From contig NC_086097.1 of the NCBI RefSeq assembly GCF_963921235.1, forward strand, positions 191,520,001-191,584,000: a stretch of DNA of 64,000 bases, in the 5' to 3' direction. The position numbers and the translations under genes are program-made. The notes under the pieces were generated by a model that was not told the origin of the DNA, ran no database searches, and worked only from the letters and a program-made list of their open reading frames with translations. The DNA comes from Mobula hypostoma (taxonomy: Eukaryota). Numbering within the stretch: position 1 is the stretch's first letter; each line of letters begins with the position of its first letter. This document shows positions 24,310-36,912 of the stretch, piece by piece.

Positions 24310-24378
24310 TCTCCGCTGGCTCAGTGGTTAAACGCCACATTCTCACTGTAGCGACCTGGTTTCGATCCCCGGTCAAGC
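24310..24378 (+). pseudogene. tRNA-Glu(CTC)-like sequence
   Basis: A box tggctcagtgg, anticodon arm ccaca-TTCTCAC-tgtag, B box gtttcgatccc followed by cggtca as in tRNA-Glu. The acceptor stem does not pair well. Confidence 0.55.
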
Positions 24379-24444
24379 CTCACTCACTCCTCAGCTTTCC
24401 TTTGCCTAATCCTCACTCTCTGGCCTTCCCTACCCCTTTAGATC

Positions 24445-24530
24445 AACGGGTGAACCCAAATGCAGGACACTGACACGGAGGTAGATCATGCTACCTCCGT
24501 GTCAGTGTCCTGCATTTGGGTTCACCCGTT
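24445..24530. repeat. Perfect 40-bp inverted repeat with 6-nt loop
   Basis: 24445-24484 is the exact reverse complement of 24491-24530; the loop is ATCATG. Confidence 0.98.
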
Positions 24531-25811
24531 CTCCATGCAACATTTGGAACAGAATTGTTCTTCATCATCATCAATAAAAATAGCATAATAATTAAAGAGC
24601 TGAGGAAACTCGATGCAAGGAACATTTCTTTAGAGGTTCACCTGGAAGTATCCTCCACAGAATCTATGACAAAATACTAGCCGATTTTTCAGAAGTGTTC
24701 AGTATGTGAATACGTTTACTAGAAATGAAACATTCAACAACAACTATCAGTAATTTTAGAAGGAGAGGAAATTAATTAATCCCAAAAAGTCTGACCTTTG
24801 TCCCCTCTCCAGTAACCATTGTGTCAGTCTCACCTGGAGTTAGTCTGATGTTCAGCTTAGAACTTCAACACATAATGTAGGTGGGTAGTCTATCATTATG
24901 GAACTAGCTTCATTTACATTTATCATCCGACCTGCTGATGACAGGAGAGTTTCCAGATGCCATTCATTTGGTCTTCAGTTTCAGCTATGTAACCCAGAAG
25001 TCATAAATTGGTCAGTAGGTGGGTCAAAGGGTAGATGGTTGGATAAGGGCAGGCAAACAATTGCCCATATTAATCCAAATGCAAAGCACAACAGATACTG
25101 GAAATCTGAAACAAAAAAAAACAGTAAATCTTGGAAATCTTTACCCGGTTAGGCAGCATCTGTGCAGAGAGAAAATGAAAGTTAAATTTCAGGCTGATGC
25201 TGTTTCATCAGCTGTAATGAAAGAAATCATCTGCTTGTTCTGAAATGAGCCATACTTCGGCCATTCATTTCTGATCAATCTGAAATGTGAAATCTGCTTT
25301 TCTCTCCACCTATTTTGCCTGACCTGCACAGTGTTTCCAGCATGTTACACTTTTATTTCATGCCCACAATATTTCTAGGGAGCCAGGAAAAGGATTTCTG
25401 CTTCTTCCAACAACTTGTGAAAATATATTCTTAACCGCCTGGGCATTTCCTGACTGGGGCATCAGAGTACATCAGAGTGTATGCCATGCAAGCTCTGCTC
25501 ATAATTCATATACCAGTTCAATCAAAAGACCTCTTTGCCAAACAAATCTAAAGTTCCATTGACACAATTTTAAGAAAAATTGAACCAGCCAGCAATAACC
25601 CCTGTAAATATCACACCAATCCAATCATCAGGGTTGAGAGCAGTGAGGCTACTGACTTCACACTTGGCACTTCACTGCCATTTTAATATCTTCCTCACAG
25701 ATGAAAATTAGGCCCAAATGATGATTGGAAATTTCTTCTTCATACTCCATATTTTTGCTTTCACTGCAGTTAGAGATATAGCAACTTGTCCAATGAGCTA
25801 ATGCCATTTAT

Positions 25812-26418
25812 AGACATCCCACCCTGCAAAAACTCATTTCAGGGAGGTAGCACATCAATTTGCAGGAGACTCCCGGAACTTCTGGAAGAGGTGGGATGTC
25901 TGCAATAGAGTAGCTCCCTAGCAGCTAGCAAGCTAGTTTAAATAACATTAGCTATGCTAATGAACGAATGACACCTGTTAAACTCACCTCAACATGTCTT
26001 TTACAGTCTTAACCCACCATGGGCAAACAGAAAAGTCACAGTTGCAAACAGAGCAGCGAGCAACATTGTCATTATTTTTGACCCCTATTAGGCAGAGGTA
26101 CACTTTAGGATAGTCTGGGGTGACGTACGTTTTATATTTTCTTTTTTTGGAACACTCTGCCATGGCGCGTGCTCTCTCTCTCTCTCTCTCTCTCTCACTT
26201 GCTCTCTCGCCCTCTCTCTCTCTCTCTCTCGCGCTCTCTCTCTCTCTCTCTCATGGTCGCTCTTGTGCTCACTCTCTCACGCTCTCTCCTGCTCCCTCTC
26301 TCTCGCTCGCTCTCAAAAAAATTGATTTCCGGGATATTGTATATAATTTGCGGGCATCAGGGAGCCGTTATTAATAAGCGGGAGACTCCCAGAACTTCCA
26401 GGAGCGGTGGGATGTCTG
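25812..26418. mobile_element. MITE, probably hAT, containing a (CT)n tract
   Basis: Termini AGACATCCCACC / GGTGGGATGTCTG, CATTTAT on both flanks, internal copy of the right end at about 25862-25902, (CT)n at about 26172-26315. Confidence 0.75.
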
Positions 26419-26824
26419 CATTTATGTGAAAGAGATTCATATTTTTATCATTATCATTAATGTAATCATAATTTTTGGTCTGTTTCCAGTCTTGGGGAAC
26501 AAAATACTCATCAGTCACTGACCTATTCACATAATGCAAAAATAAGCAAGTGTTTTATCCAAAAAAAATTCCTCATGTTGCATTAGGATTTGAACAGGCC
26601 TCAAACTCTCTTGATTCCACTCTAATTCTTATTTATTTTCATCAGGTGTAATATCAAAACTTCTTGAGTTGTTTATTTGAAATAACCAAGGTTAATTGAA
26701 TACAGGACAGCACACATTACGGTACCTGCCGCACTTTATTCACAAATTGGAAGAGGTTTTTCTGTCAGATTTTACCATGGTGTTTATTTATATCCCTCAA
26801 TGGAGGATAAGCTCCCACCTCTTC

Positions 26825-27830
26825 CCACCCTGTCACTTGTAAAAAATGCCATCCACTTCTCTCAATTCCTCTTATCTGTTCTCAGGATCAGGCTTTTCAT
26901 TCCAGAACTAATGAGGTGTTCTCCTTCTTCAAAGAAAGAGATTTTCCTTCCTCCACCATCAATATGGCCTTCACCTACATCTCTTCCACTTCTACCCTCA
27001 CCCCACCAGGGATAGGGTTCCTCTTGTCCTCATCTACCAAACCACCAGCCTCTGTATCCAACACATAATTCTCTGCAATTTCTGCTATCTCCGACAGGCT
27101 CCTACCACTAAGAACACCTTTCCCTACCCCCCATTTTCTGCTTTCCGCACCAATCACTCTCTATGCGACTCCCTTGACCATTTGTCCCTCTCCACTGATC
27201 TCCCTCCTGGCACATCCATGCAAGTGGGACAATTGCCACACCTGTCCCTACACTTCCTTCCTCACTATCATTCAGGGCCCCAGACAGTCCTACCAGGTGA
27301 GGCAATACTTTACCTGTGAACCTGCTGGGCTCATCTACTGCACCCAGTGCTCCTGGTGTGGCCACCTGTATATTGGTGAGACCCAAGGCAGATTGCGAGA
27401 CCACGTCACTGAGCAGCTACACTCCGCCTGCCAGAAAACACAGGATCTCCCAGTGACCCCCCCATTTCAATTCTACTTACCATTCCCATTTCGACACATC
27501 AGTCCATGGCCTCCTCTATTGCCATGATGAAGCCACACTCAGGTTGGAGGAATAACACCTTATATTCCATCTGAGTAGCTTCCTACCTGATGGCACGAAC
27601 TTCGATTTCTCGAACTTCCGGTAATACCCCCCTCCCCCCGACTTCACTATTTCCTTCTCTAAACTTTATCTCCTACCTGCCCATCAGCTCCCTCTCATGC
27701 TCCTCCCCCTTCCCTTTCTTCCATAGTCATCTGTCATCTCCTATGAGATTCCCCCCTTCTCCAGCCTTTTAGCACTTTCTAGCTCTTTATTTCATGCATC
27801 CCCCTCGCCCAGTTTCACCTATCACCTGCT
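26825..27830 (+). mobile_element. Penelope-like element fragment with GIY-YIG endonuclease region
   Basis: C...CHTCPY linker, FTCEPAGLIYCTQCSWCGHLYIGETQGRLRDH, followed by the same C-terminal and UTR sequence as 432-600. Confidence 0.88.
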
Positions 27831-28526
27831 ACCATTTTGACTCAGTTCTATAACCAGAGCAAACATCAGAGGACTTTGGTAGAAATTTGATTGATGCCAC
27901 CAATAGCAATGTTGGAAAGCAGATGATCAACAACACAGTAATCATGAGCAGAGAACAAAACCAAGATCAGCCAAGTACTATCATGAAGGCTTTGTGATCC
28001 CTGGAAACATATTTAGGTGAAATACTGTGGAACGTAGTTGAGAAGATTTCTCATGAACAGTCAACAAATTGTAGCTGATTATATTCATAAGCCAAAGTAG
28101 ATGGACAAAGATTAGCTCATAGAATTGAAACAAAATTGGAAAGAATTATTCAGGATAGATATTCAAAATCGCACATTCAAATGTTTTGATAAGTTGGCTG
28201 GAGGAAGATCAAAGTGCAGTCCTCATGAAGATGAGATATAGTGGCTGGGCAATCCCAGCTATTGGTGGTTAAAGCTGACAAAACTGTGTATTTCTGGTAA
28301 TTGCAAGGTGACATTGAACCAAGCATTTGATGAACAGGAACAATTCCCTAATTGCAAATCAAAAATAGAAACTGCCGATGTTGAAAATCTGAAAAAAAAA
28401 ATGCTGGAAACACTCAGCAAGTCAGGCAGCATGTTTGGAATGTACCAAAACTGACAAAGGGTCTTTGACTTGAAACACTAAGTCTACTTCCCTTTCCACA
28501 AAGTGTTTGCAATCAAGGTGATGTAT

Positions 28527-29215
28527 TAGATTATGAGAACACTCAGTTGTCTTTTATTGTCATTTAGAAATGCATACATGCATTAAGAAATGATACAAAG
28601 TTTCTCCGGAGTGATATCACAGAAAACAGGACAAACCAAAGACTAACACTGACAGAACCACATAATTATAACATATAGTTACAGCAGTGCAAAGCAATAC
28701 CATAATTTGATGAAGAACAAACCATGGGCACGGTAAATAAAATCTCAAAAGTCCCCGAGTCGATTGACTTCCGAGTCCCCGATAGCGGCGGCGAAAGGGA
28801 GAAACTCCCTGCCATAAATCTCCAGGCACCGTCAATTCGCCGATGCCTTGGAAGCAGTCGACCACAGCCAACATTGAGTCCATCTGTCTGAAAACTTCAA
28901 GCTTCCGACCAGCCCCTCCGATACAGCCTCCCGAGCGCCACCCTCCGCCGAGCGCCTTTGAACTCACCCCAGCCGCTGAAACACACAAAGCCGAGGATTC
29001 GGGGCCTTCTGCTCCGGCGATTCTGGTTATCACACAGTAGCAGCGGCAGCGAAGCGGGCATTTCAGAAGTTTTCCAGATGTTCCTCCGCACTCTCACATC
29101 TGTCTCCATCAAATCAGGATTGTGCACGGTCCCCTACTTGACAGATACCAGACATCACCACCGAAGTGGCCGTGCGCGCTGCCGTCGCACCACTATCTTC
29201 TCCTCCTCCTCCTAT
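28527..29215 (-). mobile_element. GC-rich non-autonomous retroposon (family unassigned)
   Basis: Sharp CpG-rich block; AATAAA and a short repeat tail on the minus strand; TATTAG at both junctions. Confidence 0.5.
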
Positions 29216-29419
29216 TATTAGCTGCATATTGAGACGATCAAGATCAGGTAGTAGTATGAGCACAATACAAACCACAAAAGAATCAAATGTGCAGGAATAA
29301 TTCATTCATCTTGAGGTAAAATGGATGCAAAATGGATTGAAATCAGAAAAAGAAAATAAAACAGAAGCAATGGTGAAAGCAAGAAATCCTGCAAATACTG
29401 AAAAACTTAGATCAATGTT

Positions 29420-30065
29420 CAAAATTCAGGTAAATTTAGTTACCTAAGTAAATATATGTCACCATATACAACCCTGAGATTCATCTGAATAGAATAGTAA
29501 CTATAACAGGATCAATGAAAGACCAACCAGAGTGGGTGCAGAAGAAACTGTGCAAATGCAAATATAAATAAATAGCAATAATTAACAAACACATGAGTCT
29601 TTGAAAGTGAGTGTTGGTCGTAGGAACATTTCAGTGATGGGGCAAGTGAAGCTGAGTGTAGTTATCCCCTTTTGTTCAAGAGCCTGATGGTTGAGGGGTA
29701 GTAATTGTTCTTGAACCTGGTGCTGCAAGTTCTGAGGTTCCTGTGTCTTCTACCTAATGGCAGCAGCGAGTAAAGAGCATGACCTGATGGTGAGGATCCC
29801 TGATGATGGATGCTGCTTTCCTACGACAGCATTTCATGTAGATGTGCTCAATGGTTGGGAGGGCTTTACCCTTGGGGTGATGTACTGGGCCAAATCCACT
29901 ATTCAAGGGCATTGATGTTTCCATACCAGGCTGTGATGAAGCTAGTCAATATACTTCCACTGCATACCTTTAGAAGTTTGTCAAAGTTTTAGATGTCAAG
30001 CCAAATCTCTGCAAACATCCTAAGTAAGTAGAAGCACTGCTGTGCTTTCTGTGCAATTGCACTTA
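29420..30065 (-). mobile_element. Non-LTR retroelement 3' fragment (Rex1/Babar-like, tentative)
   Basis: Homologous to 1840-2095 and 42290-42385 (gttcttgaacctggtg...cttctacctaatggcagc). Confidence 0.5.
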
Positions 30066-33000
30066 GATCCGAAATACGATTTATATCAACACTAGATCTT
30101 GCAACAGTTCTGACACCATTACAGTATTCTTTGAAAACTAAAAGTAAAAATAGGACTAAATAGGACTAATATAAAAAAAGTAACAGAAAGAGTTTTAGAA
30201 GCTGGCCTTGTTCACCGCAGTAAGATAAAACATACATTTTGAAACCTGTGTGTAATGTTTTAAATTATGGAGACGGAGTTGTCTTGATCATGTACAGAGT
30301 GAACCCAATATTAATCAAATTAAGAAAGAGCTAGTAAGAATTTTCTTTAAAGTGGAGATGTTTCACCAACTCTCAATGCAATTAACTTTGGTGAGAAACC
30401 ATTAGCTTTGCCTGACCATTCTTGGTAATAAGTCAACAACAGCAATGATGACTGTGTGAGGAATGAACAGGTGAGGCATCCTCTATCTCACTGGGATTAC
30501 ATGATTAAATAAAATGCTTGAAAACAAAGTAATAACAGATGTTTTTCATGGGTCTACTTAATGTAGATGAACTGAACAGACCGATGAGGGACAGCTTATG
30601 AAATTGGGGACAAAATGCACACAAATCACATATTTCCTATAAGAGATGTACAAGAAGATAATCAGTATGTATTCCTGAAGAAAATAATGCTTGGATTCTA
30701 CAAAACGGAATCAAGAAGTGACAATTTCCTTGTCAATAGATGAACAGAAGGTAAACATATTGAAATATCAAGAAGACTCAGTTTACCTGTGGGGATGTTC
30801 AATCTGGAACTGAAGTGAAAGTTTAATCACTTTTCCGTTTCAAATAGATAAAAGTAGGGCAGAGTTTGTGTGTGTCTGAAATGTGTATGACATGTGCAAT
30901 GTGATTGAGGAGGGGGAAATAAACAAAATGTGCATGTTTTAGTAGATCTCCATGGCTCCACATAATTTATTATATTTCTGGCACTACCAAAAATATGAAT
31001 CACACATAAAGGTACAAAAATGTAAGAGGGATATTGTTTGCAAAGTTGGTGGAAGGTGAGTGGTGGGTAAGTGTAGTAGCTACCAGGACAAAAGTTTCAC
31101 TTCCAATCTGAGAAAAATCTGTCATCTACAGAGGTAGAACACACACCTCTGTAGGAATTGGAATTGGGTGTTTGTTTTCATGTGATAATTCGATGAGTAC
31201 ATTGTGCTGAAGCTAAATTTGAAATTACTAAAATAATTGTGAGGTTGGGACATCCTTGCTCAAAGAAATCTTAAATCTTAATTAGAACTATTAGCCTGCT
31301 ACCTTTTAAAAAGTATTAGAACATGAACTACGTACTTCAAAGACAGTAATCATTTGCTACTTAGAGAACAGCCAAATCATTTAACAGACTGTGCCACTGA
31401 CCATTTCTTTAGTAGGGCTGGGAGGAGTGGAATGGATGGTAGAATGGTGGAGGAGAGGGGTCTTTCAGCATAAAACTACGTCTGACTACACTGCAGGACA
31501 CATGGCACTTCACAACTGCAGGTAACCCTAAACTAGTAGGATTACCAGCAGCAAATGAGTCTACAGATCAAGGTTCTGTGGAGCTTACACATCAATTCAA
31601 CAGAAGCTTAAATTTATACACAGGCATACCAGCAGAACCTACATTCTATTAAAATTGTATGGCAGGACATTCTGAATGTAAGGCCAATGTTCTTGATGGT
31701 ACAATTCAACAAAATGGACTTCTTAAGTGCACTCCTCATATTACCTTGGAACCATGGACTCAATTGCTTCGGCTAATCCTGGTTAACTCACAACCACAGG
31801 ATGCCATTGATTAATGCCAAAAATAGTGGGTCATGACTGTTAATCCAACTTCTGTTGTAATTCTGATCAATTTTTTAATATGAATTGTGCAATTGCTCTG
31901 ATTGTCACACGTGAGAAATAAATGTCTAAAGAAACCTCTATCTAGGTTATCACCACAGGAGGCGCCTACTTTTAAGGCATCATTTATCCAAAACATAGTA
32001 TTTGACATTTGATTACTTCAACAAGTATTTCTATCATCCTCCTTTATGAGTTGTGTGGTATCTCCTCGCCCAGGTGCTGCAGATTTTTCTAGGAGGTACA
32101 TAAACATACAGGGAGTTTCTATGCGAGTATACCGTTTGCTCAGTGGGCAGGCGGTGGTATCTGTCTGGGTAAAGCATGAGTGGTTTCTGACCCTCTTTCT
32201 TAATGAGGGTGTTGTGGATGAAATTATGGATGCAGCAGAAAGAGGCCTTGTTCTTGGAGATACATTAAACTTTTGCCTTAAGGACCTGTCATTGTTCATT
32301 GAGTGCATAAGAATGCATCATCCATTCAATTCCTGTCTTTGAATGTACGGGCTGCTCACATATAATTAGTCATTTTATTTTCAGATGTTATCTTAGTGTG
32401 CTCTTTATCATTCTAGCCTAGTAACTTACTACTTACTCCATGATAACATGATGAGAGATTATCGGCTTCAAATATTAGTTCTGTTTCACTTTGCACAGAA
32501 GCTGTTTGACCTGCTTACTATTGCTAGGTTCATCGGTGTCACTGTACATATAATGTAATGGTCTAACATGGAACATGTTGTCACTTTTGATAAGATTCTT
32601 GGAGTGAAATTGAAAATACTTGTAGTATCAAACAACATGGCAATATTATGTTTCACTTTAACCTTAATAGCTATAAAGCTTCATTATCTTGCCAATCATT
32701 TGGTGGGTTTTTTAAAAACTGTAAGGGCCAGAATGGAAGACCTTGGTTATCTGAAAATCATACTAATCCTTCAAAGTCTGAAAATGTTGCAGTTATAATT
32801 TTTGGCAGACATGGTTAAATGTATGTGAATACCGATCAACTATCCATTAATAAAATAAGCTTCTTTCTGTTTAGGAAGGCAAAGATATTTATGTTTTGGA
32901 ATCACATGTGTACCACTCATAAAACAGAAGGTGCTGAAAATAATCAGGGAAAAAAGGAATGAAGTTTAGGCTGATGATTATAACTCTTTCCAATGCACTT

Positions 33001-34775
33001 GGGAAAAATATTTCAAGAAAACTAAATGATATGCTAGTTGATTTAAGAGATTTGGGTGTGAACTTCATAAGAAATAGACAAAGACCAAATGCAGAGAAGG
33101 GGTTCATATGGCCCAGAAGATCCATGCCATTGTTGAGGTCTGTGAGCCTTCTCACACAGTTCTTCATCAAACCCTATCAACATATCCTTCTATTCCTTTC
33201 TTTCTCCATTTATTGTCAGAGAATGTATACAGTATACAACTTGAAATACTTAGTCTTTGCAGACAGCCACAAAAGTCCAGAAGAACCCCAAAAGAATGAA
33301 TGACAGAAAAATGTTAGAACCCCAAGGCCCCTCCTCCCTGTGCAAGCATCAAAGCATCAACCTCCCCCTTCACCCCCACCTATTTCAGTAGAGAGTATCA
33401 GTGCCTACCACCCACCAAACAACAGCAAAGCACCCAAAGAGAGACCATGATCTACAGTCAACAAAAACTAGTGTTTGCCCGACAGTTCAATGTGCCACAG
33501 CCTCTCTCTCCCTCCCCCTCCCCCCCCTCTCACTCACACACACACTAGCAAGGGACAGAGAGATGTCACCCTATACACAGCAAAACGGGAGGCTAACAGT
33601 TGCTGTTATGGTAATACAGTCTGCTGCGTTGCTTTTTATTCCAAAATTCTCTGACTCGAGAATTGGTAACAAACTGTCCCCACCATTGTGAGAAAGATAA
33701 AGAGAGTGTGATTGCTTGACTACAGAGACCTCCGTCCACACATCCACCGCAGCAAAATCCTGATATTCCTTCACCTGCGGCAAATCAGTCGGATACACTG
33801 GCCCGGAATTGACCACTCACAGGGCCACAACCTGGAGGCGTCATCTTCCAAGCCGTGCCTGAAGATGCTGGAAAATGGTTGGCCAGTGAGCTCCTTTAAC
33901 AGGAACTCATCCATTGTGAAAAAGCGGTTTTGAGTGCCATTTGAAGATCAGGGATCTTGATAGAAACTCATTCACCTTGAAAACAAAATAAAAGACATTA
34001 AAGAGGGGAATGCTTACTTCTGATTATCATCATTACATCAATCAATCTGTGGTTGAAAGTTTCATAATTTAAACATTCTCCAGATGAAGAAGTTTCTCTT
34101 AAATTAGACTTATCAAGGACTATTATATTTATAACCTGCATTCCGGCCTCACTCACAAGTGAAGCACTTTTTTAATACTTAGCCTGTCATTTTTTGTTAT
34201 TTTACAGACAAATATTGGACTTTTAAAAAAGAAAAGCCATAGGGTACTTAATCTTATCTGATATGTGCAACCTCTCAGAAAATTCTAATGCCTTATTTTT
34301 TAACCTCCTCAAGCTCTGCATGTCCTTGTAATGATATAAATATCAGTTCAGTTCACAGTACTCCATTTACGAGCTAATCAAGATGCAATTCAAATTTAAA
34401 ATAATTTTGCCACTTTTCAATCCTATACCTCTGGAAATGAACCCTTGTACATCGTCTGCTGGTTATTAACCTTATTAACCTGTGATTCGGGAATTTATCA
34501 TACTTTGCAAAGATCATGTTGCCACCATTTTCTTTCTAGCAAGATGCATTACCTTTTCTTTGTTTCTCTAATATGTATTTGATAAACCTAACGATATGCT
34601 CTTGTATTTTGCTGCAGGCTTCCTCAGATTTAACCAGTTTACCTGGTTTGCAATCAACCTTGAATTTTGAAATTGTCCTTCAAGTTCTTGAATCCAATCA
34701 TTTATATAGATGACCAGAGAACAATTTGATCATAGGTATCCTATTGAAAGCTTACTGAAATCTCAAATACATTTC

Positions 34776-34778
<3 letters not shown>

Positions 34779-34810
<32 letters not shown>
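34779..34810. repeat. (TA)n microsatellite
   Basis: Directly visible. Confidence 0.95.
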
Positions 34811-34812
<2 letters not shown>

Positions 34813-35546
34813 CGATATCCACCATTTCGGTAGCTCCTTGCTGACAACCCTTAAGCATATTTTCAGTTTCAAGATTTATTTTGCATCAGCAAAAAAGAAA
34901 TCCCAGTTGTGATGCAGGGTCTTGGCCCAAAACATTGACTGTTTATTCCTCTTGTTGAAACCTCTTGTGCCCTTTATCCTTCTACCACTTATGTTAAGCC
35001 AATTGTTTGCAGTTTCCACACTTGCTCAATTGTTGTTTTTTATTTGTAGGAATCAATATTTGTCTTGCGCTAGTCCTCTGGTACAATCCCCATTTTCTCA
35101 TAAATTTAATCTAGCAGCATCTGTGCAGCTTTTCCCAAGTTTTAATATGCTGTTTCTCACCTATTTTCTAAACGTCTCTTTTTCTCTGCATCATGGGTAA
35201 AGTAGATTAGAAATCAACTCGAACGCAAATTTAGACCCCATGGTGATGAATTTACAAAATGACTATTAAAGATGGACACCACAAAGACCTCGAGATCTTG
35301 ATTTGTGAGTAGAATGTGTGTCCATCACAGAATTCAGTGTATTTAACAACAAAGCTAACAATATAAACCCTTCTGCAGGCTACATGTAAAAATACAGAAA
35401 ATAACATGGATTCATGAATAATACCATCAGACAGATGAAAGGAAATGGGTGACCTGTTGTATGCTCTGCTTTACCATGATAGCAATGTGCCAGTGCATTT
35501 GTCCTCTACCATGTGCATGGATCATGTACCTTGGACGTTCCATGTT

Positions 35547-36912
35547 AGAACATAAGAACATAAGAAATTGGAGCAGGAGTAGGCCATCCGGCCCATCGAG
35601 CCTGCCCCACCATTCAATAAGATCATGGCTGATCTGTCTGTAAACTCAGCTCCATCTACCTGCCATTTCCCCATAACACTTAATTCCCTTACTGTCTAAA
35701 AACCTACCTAACTGTTTCTTAAGTATATTTAGTGAGGAAGCTTCAACTGCTTCCCTGGGCAGAGAATTCCACAGATTCACCACTCTCTGGGAAAAACAGT
35801 TTCTCCTCATCTCCATCCTAAATCTTCTCCCCTGAATCTTGAGGCAATGTCCCCTAGTTCTAGTCTCACCTACCAATGGAAACAACTTTCCTACTTCTAT
35901 TTTATCTATCCCTTTCAAAATTTTGTATGTTTCTATAAGATCCCCTCTCATTCTTCTGAACTCCAGAGAGTATAGTACCAGGCTACTCAATCTCTCCTTA
36001 TAGGTTAACCTCTTCATCCCTGGAATCAACCTGGTGAACCTCCTCTGCACTGCCTCCAAAGCCAGTATATCCTTCCTCAAGTATGGAGACCAGAACTGCG
36101 CACAATACTCCAGGTGCGGCCTCACCAGTACCCTGTTGCAGCATGACCTCCCTGCTCTTGAATTCAATCCCTCTTGCAATGAAGGCCAACATTCCGTTTG
36201 CCTTTTTAATAACCTGTTGTACCTGCAAGCCAACATTTTGCAATTCATGAACAAGCACTCCCAAGTCCCTCTGCACAACAGCATGCTGCAACCTTTCACC
36301 ATTTAAATAATAATCTGCTCTTCTATTATTCCTTCCAAATTGGATGATCTCTCATTTACCAGTGTTGTATTCCATCTGCCAAACCTTGGCCCACTTACTT
36401 AACCTATCTATATCCCTCTGCAGACTCTCCACATCCTCTGTACAATTTGCTTTTCCACTCAGTTTAGTGTCATCAGCAAATTTTGCTATGCTACGCTCAA
36501 TCCCCTCTTCCAAATCATCAATGTAAATGGTAAACAGCTGCAGGCCCAGCACTGACCCCTGTGGCACCTACTCACGACTGACTGCCAACCAGAGAAACAC
36601 TCATTTATACCAACCCCCTGCTTTCTACCGGTTAACCAATCCACTACCCATGCCAATACACTTCCCCTGACTCCATGCATCCGTATCTTATTTATAAGTC
36701 CCTTGTGCGGCACCTTATCAAACGCCTTCTGGAAATCCAAGTATACAACATTCACCTGTTCCCTCTATCCATTGCACTCATTATGTCCACAAAGAACTCC
36801 AGTAAGTATGTCAAACAGGACCTGCCCTTTCTGAATCCATGCTGCATCTGTCTAATGGAACCACTCCTTGCTAAATGTTTTGCTATTTCTACCTTAATGA
36901 CAGCTTCAAGCA
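35547..36912 (-). mobile_element. CR1 LINE 3' portion (RT to tail), frameshifted
   Basis: DFQKAFD, PQGSVLG, FADD, RPHLEYC and QRVVNLWN pieces; (AGAACATA)n tail. Confidence 0.93.

Larger units (their letters stand above)
23489..24551 (+). mobile_element. Probable long solo LTR (boundaries uncertain)
   Basis: GC-richer than its flanks; motifs reminiscent of fish Gypsy LTRs (cacctgattctcatc...ataaaa...gccagatcgtt; ctgcatttgggttc near the end); TG...CA with imperfect gaata/gaatt flanks. Confidence 0.4.
27850..31790 (+). mobile_element. Ancient, fragmented Gypsy pol remnant split by younger insertions
   Basis: Hand-translated pieces in pol order: WAIP (28246), KVTLN (28305), KTEAMVKARNPANTEKLRS (about 29358), LATVLTPL (about 30098), integrase-like remnant near 31660. 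Confidence 0.45.

Noticed and set aside
31811..32008. CDNQS resembling the Copia RNase H motif
   Set aside because: A single short motif with no other Copia features nearby.
32018..32342. Overlapping ORFs of 96 aa (-) and 98 aa (+) as a host exon
   Set aside because: No recognisable domain. The minus frame has a stop just upstream and no good splice acceptor. It remains unexplained, and a translated search would settle it.
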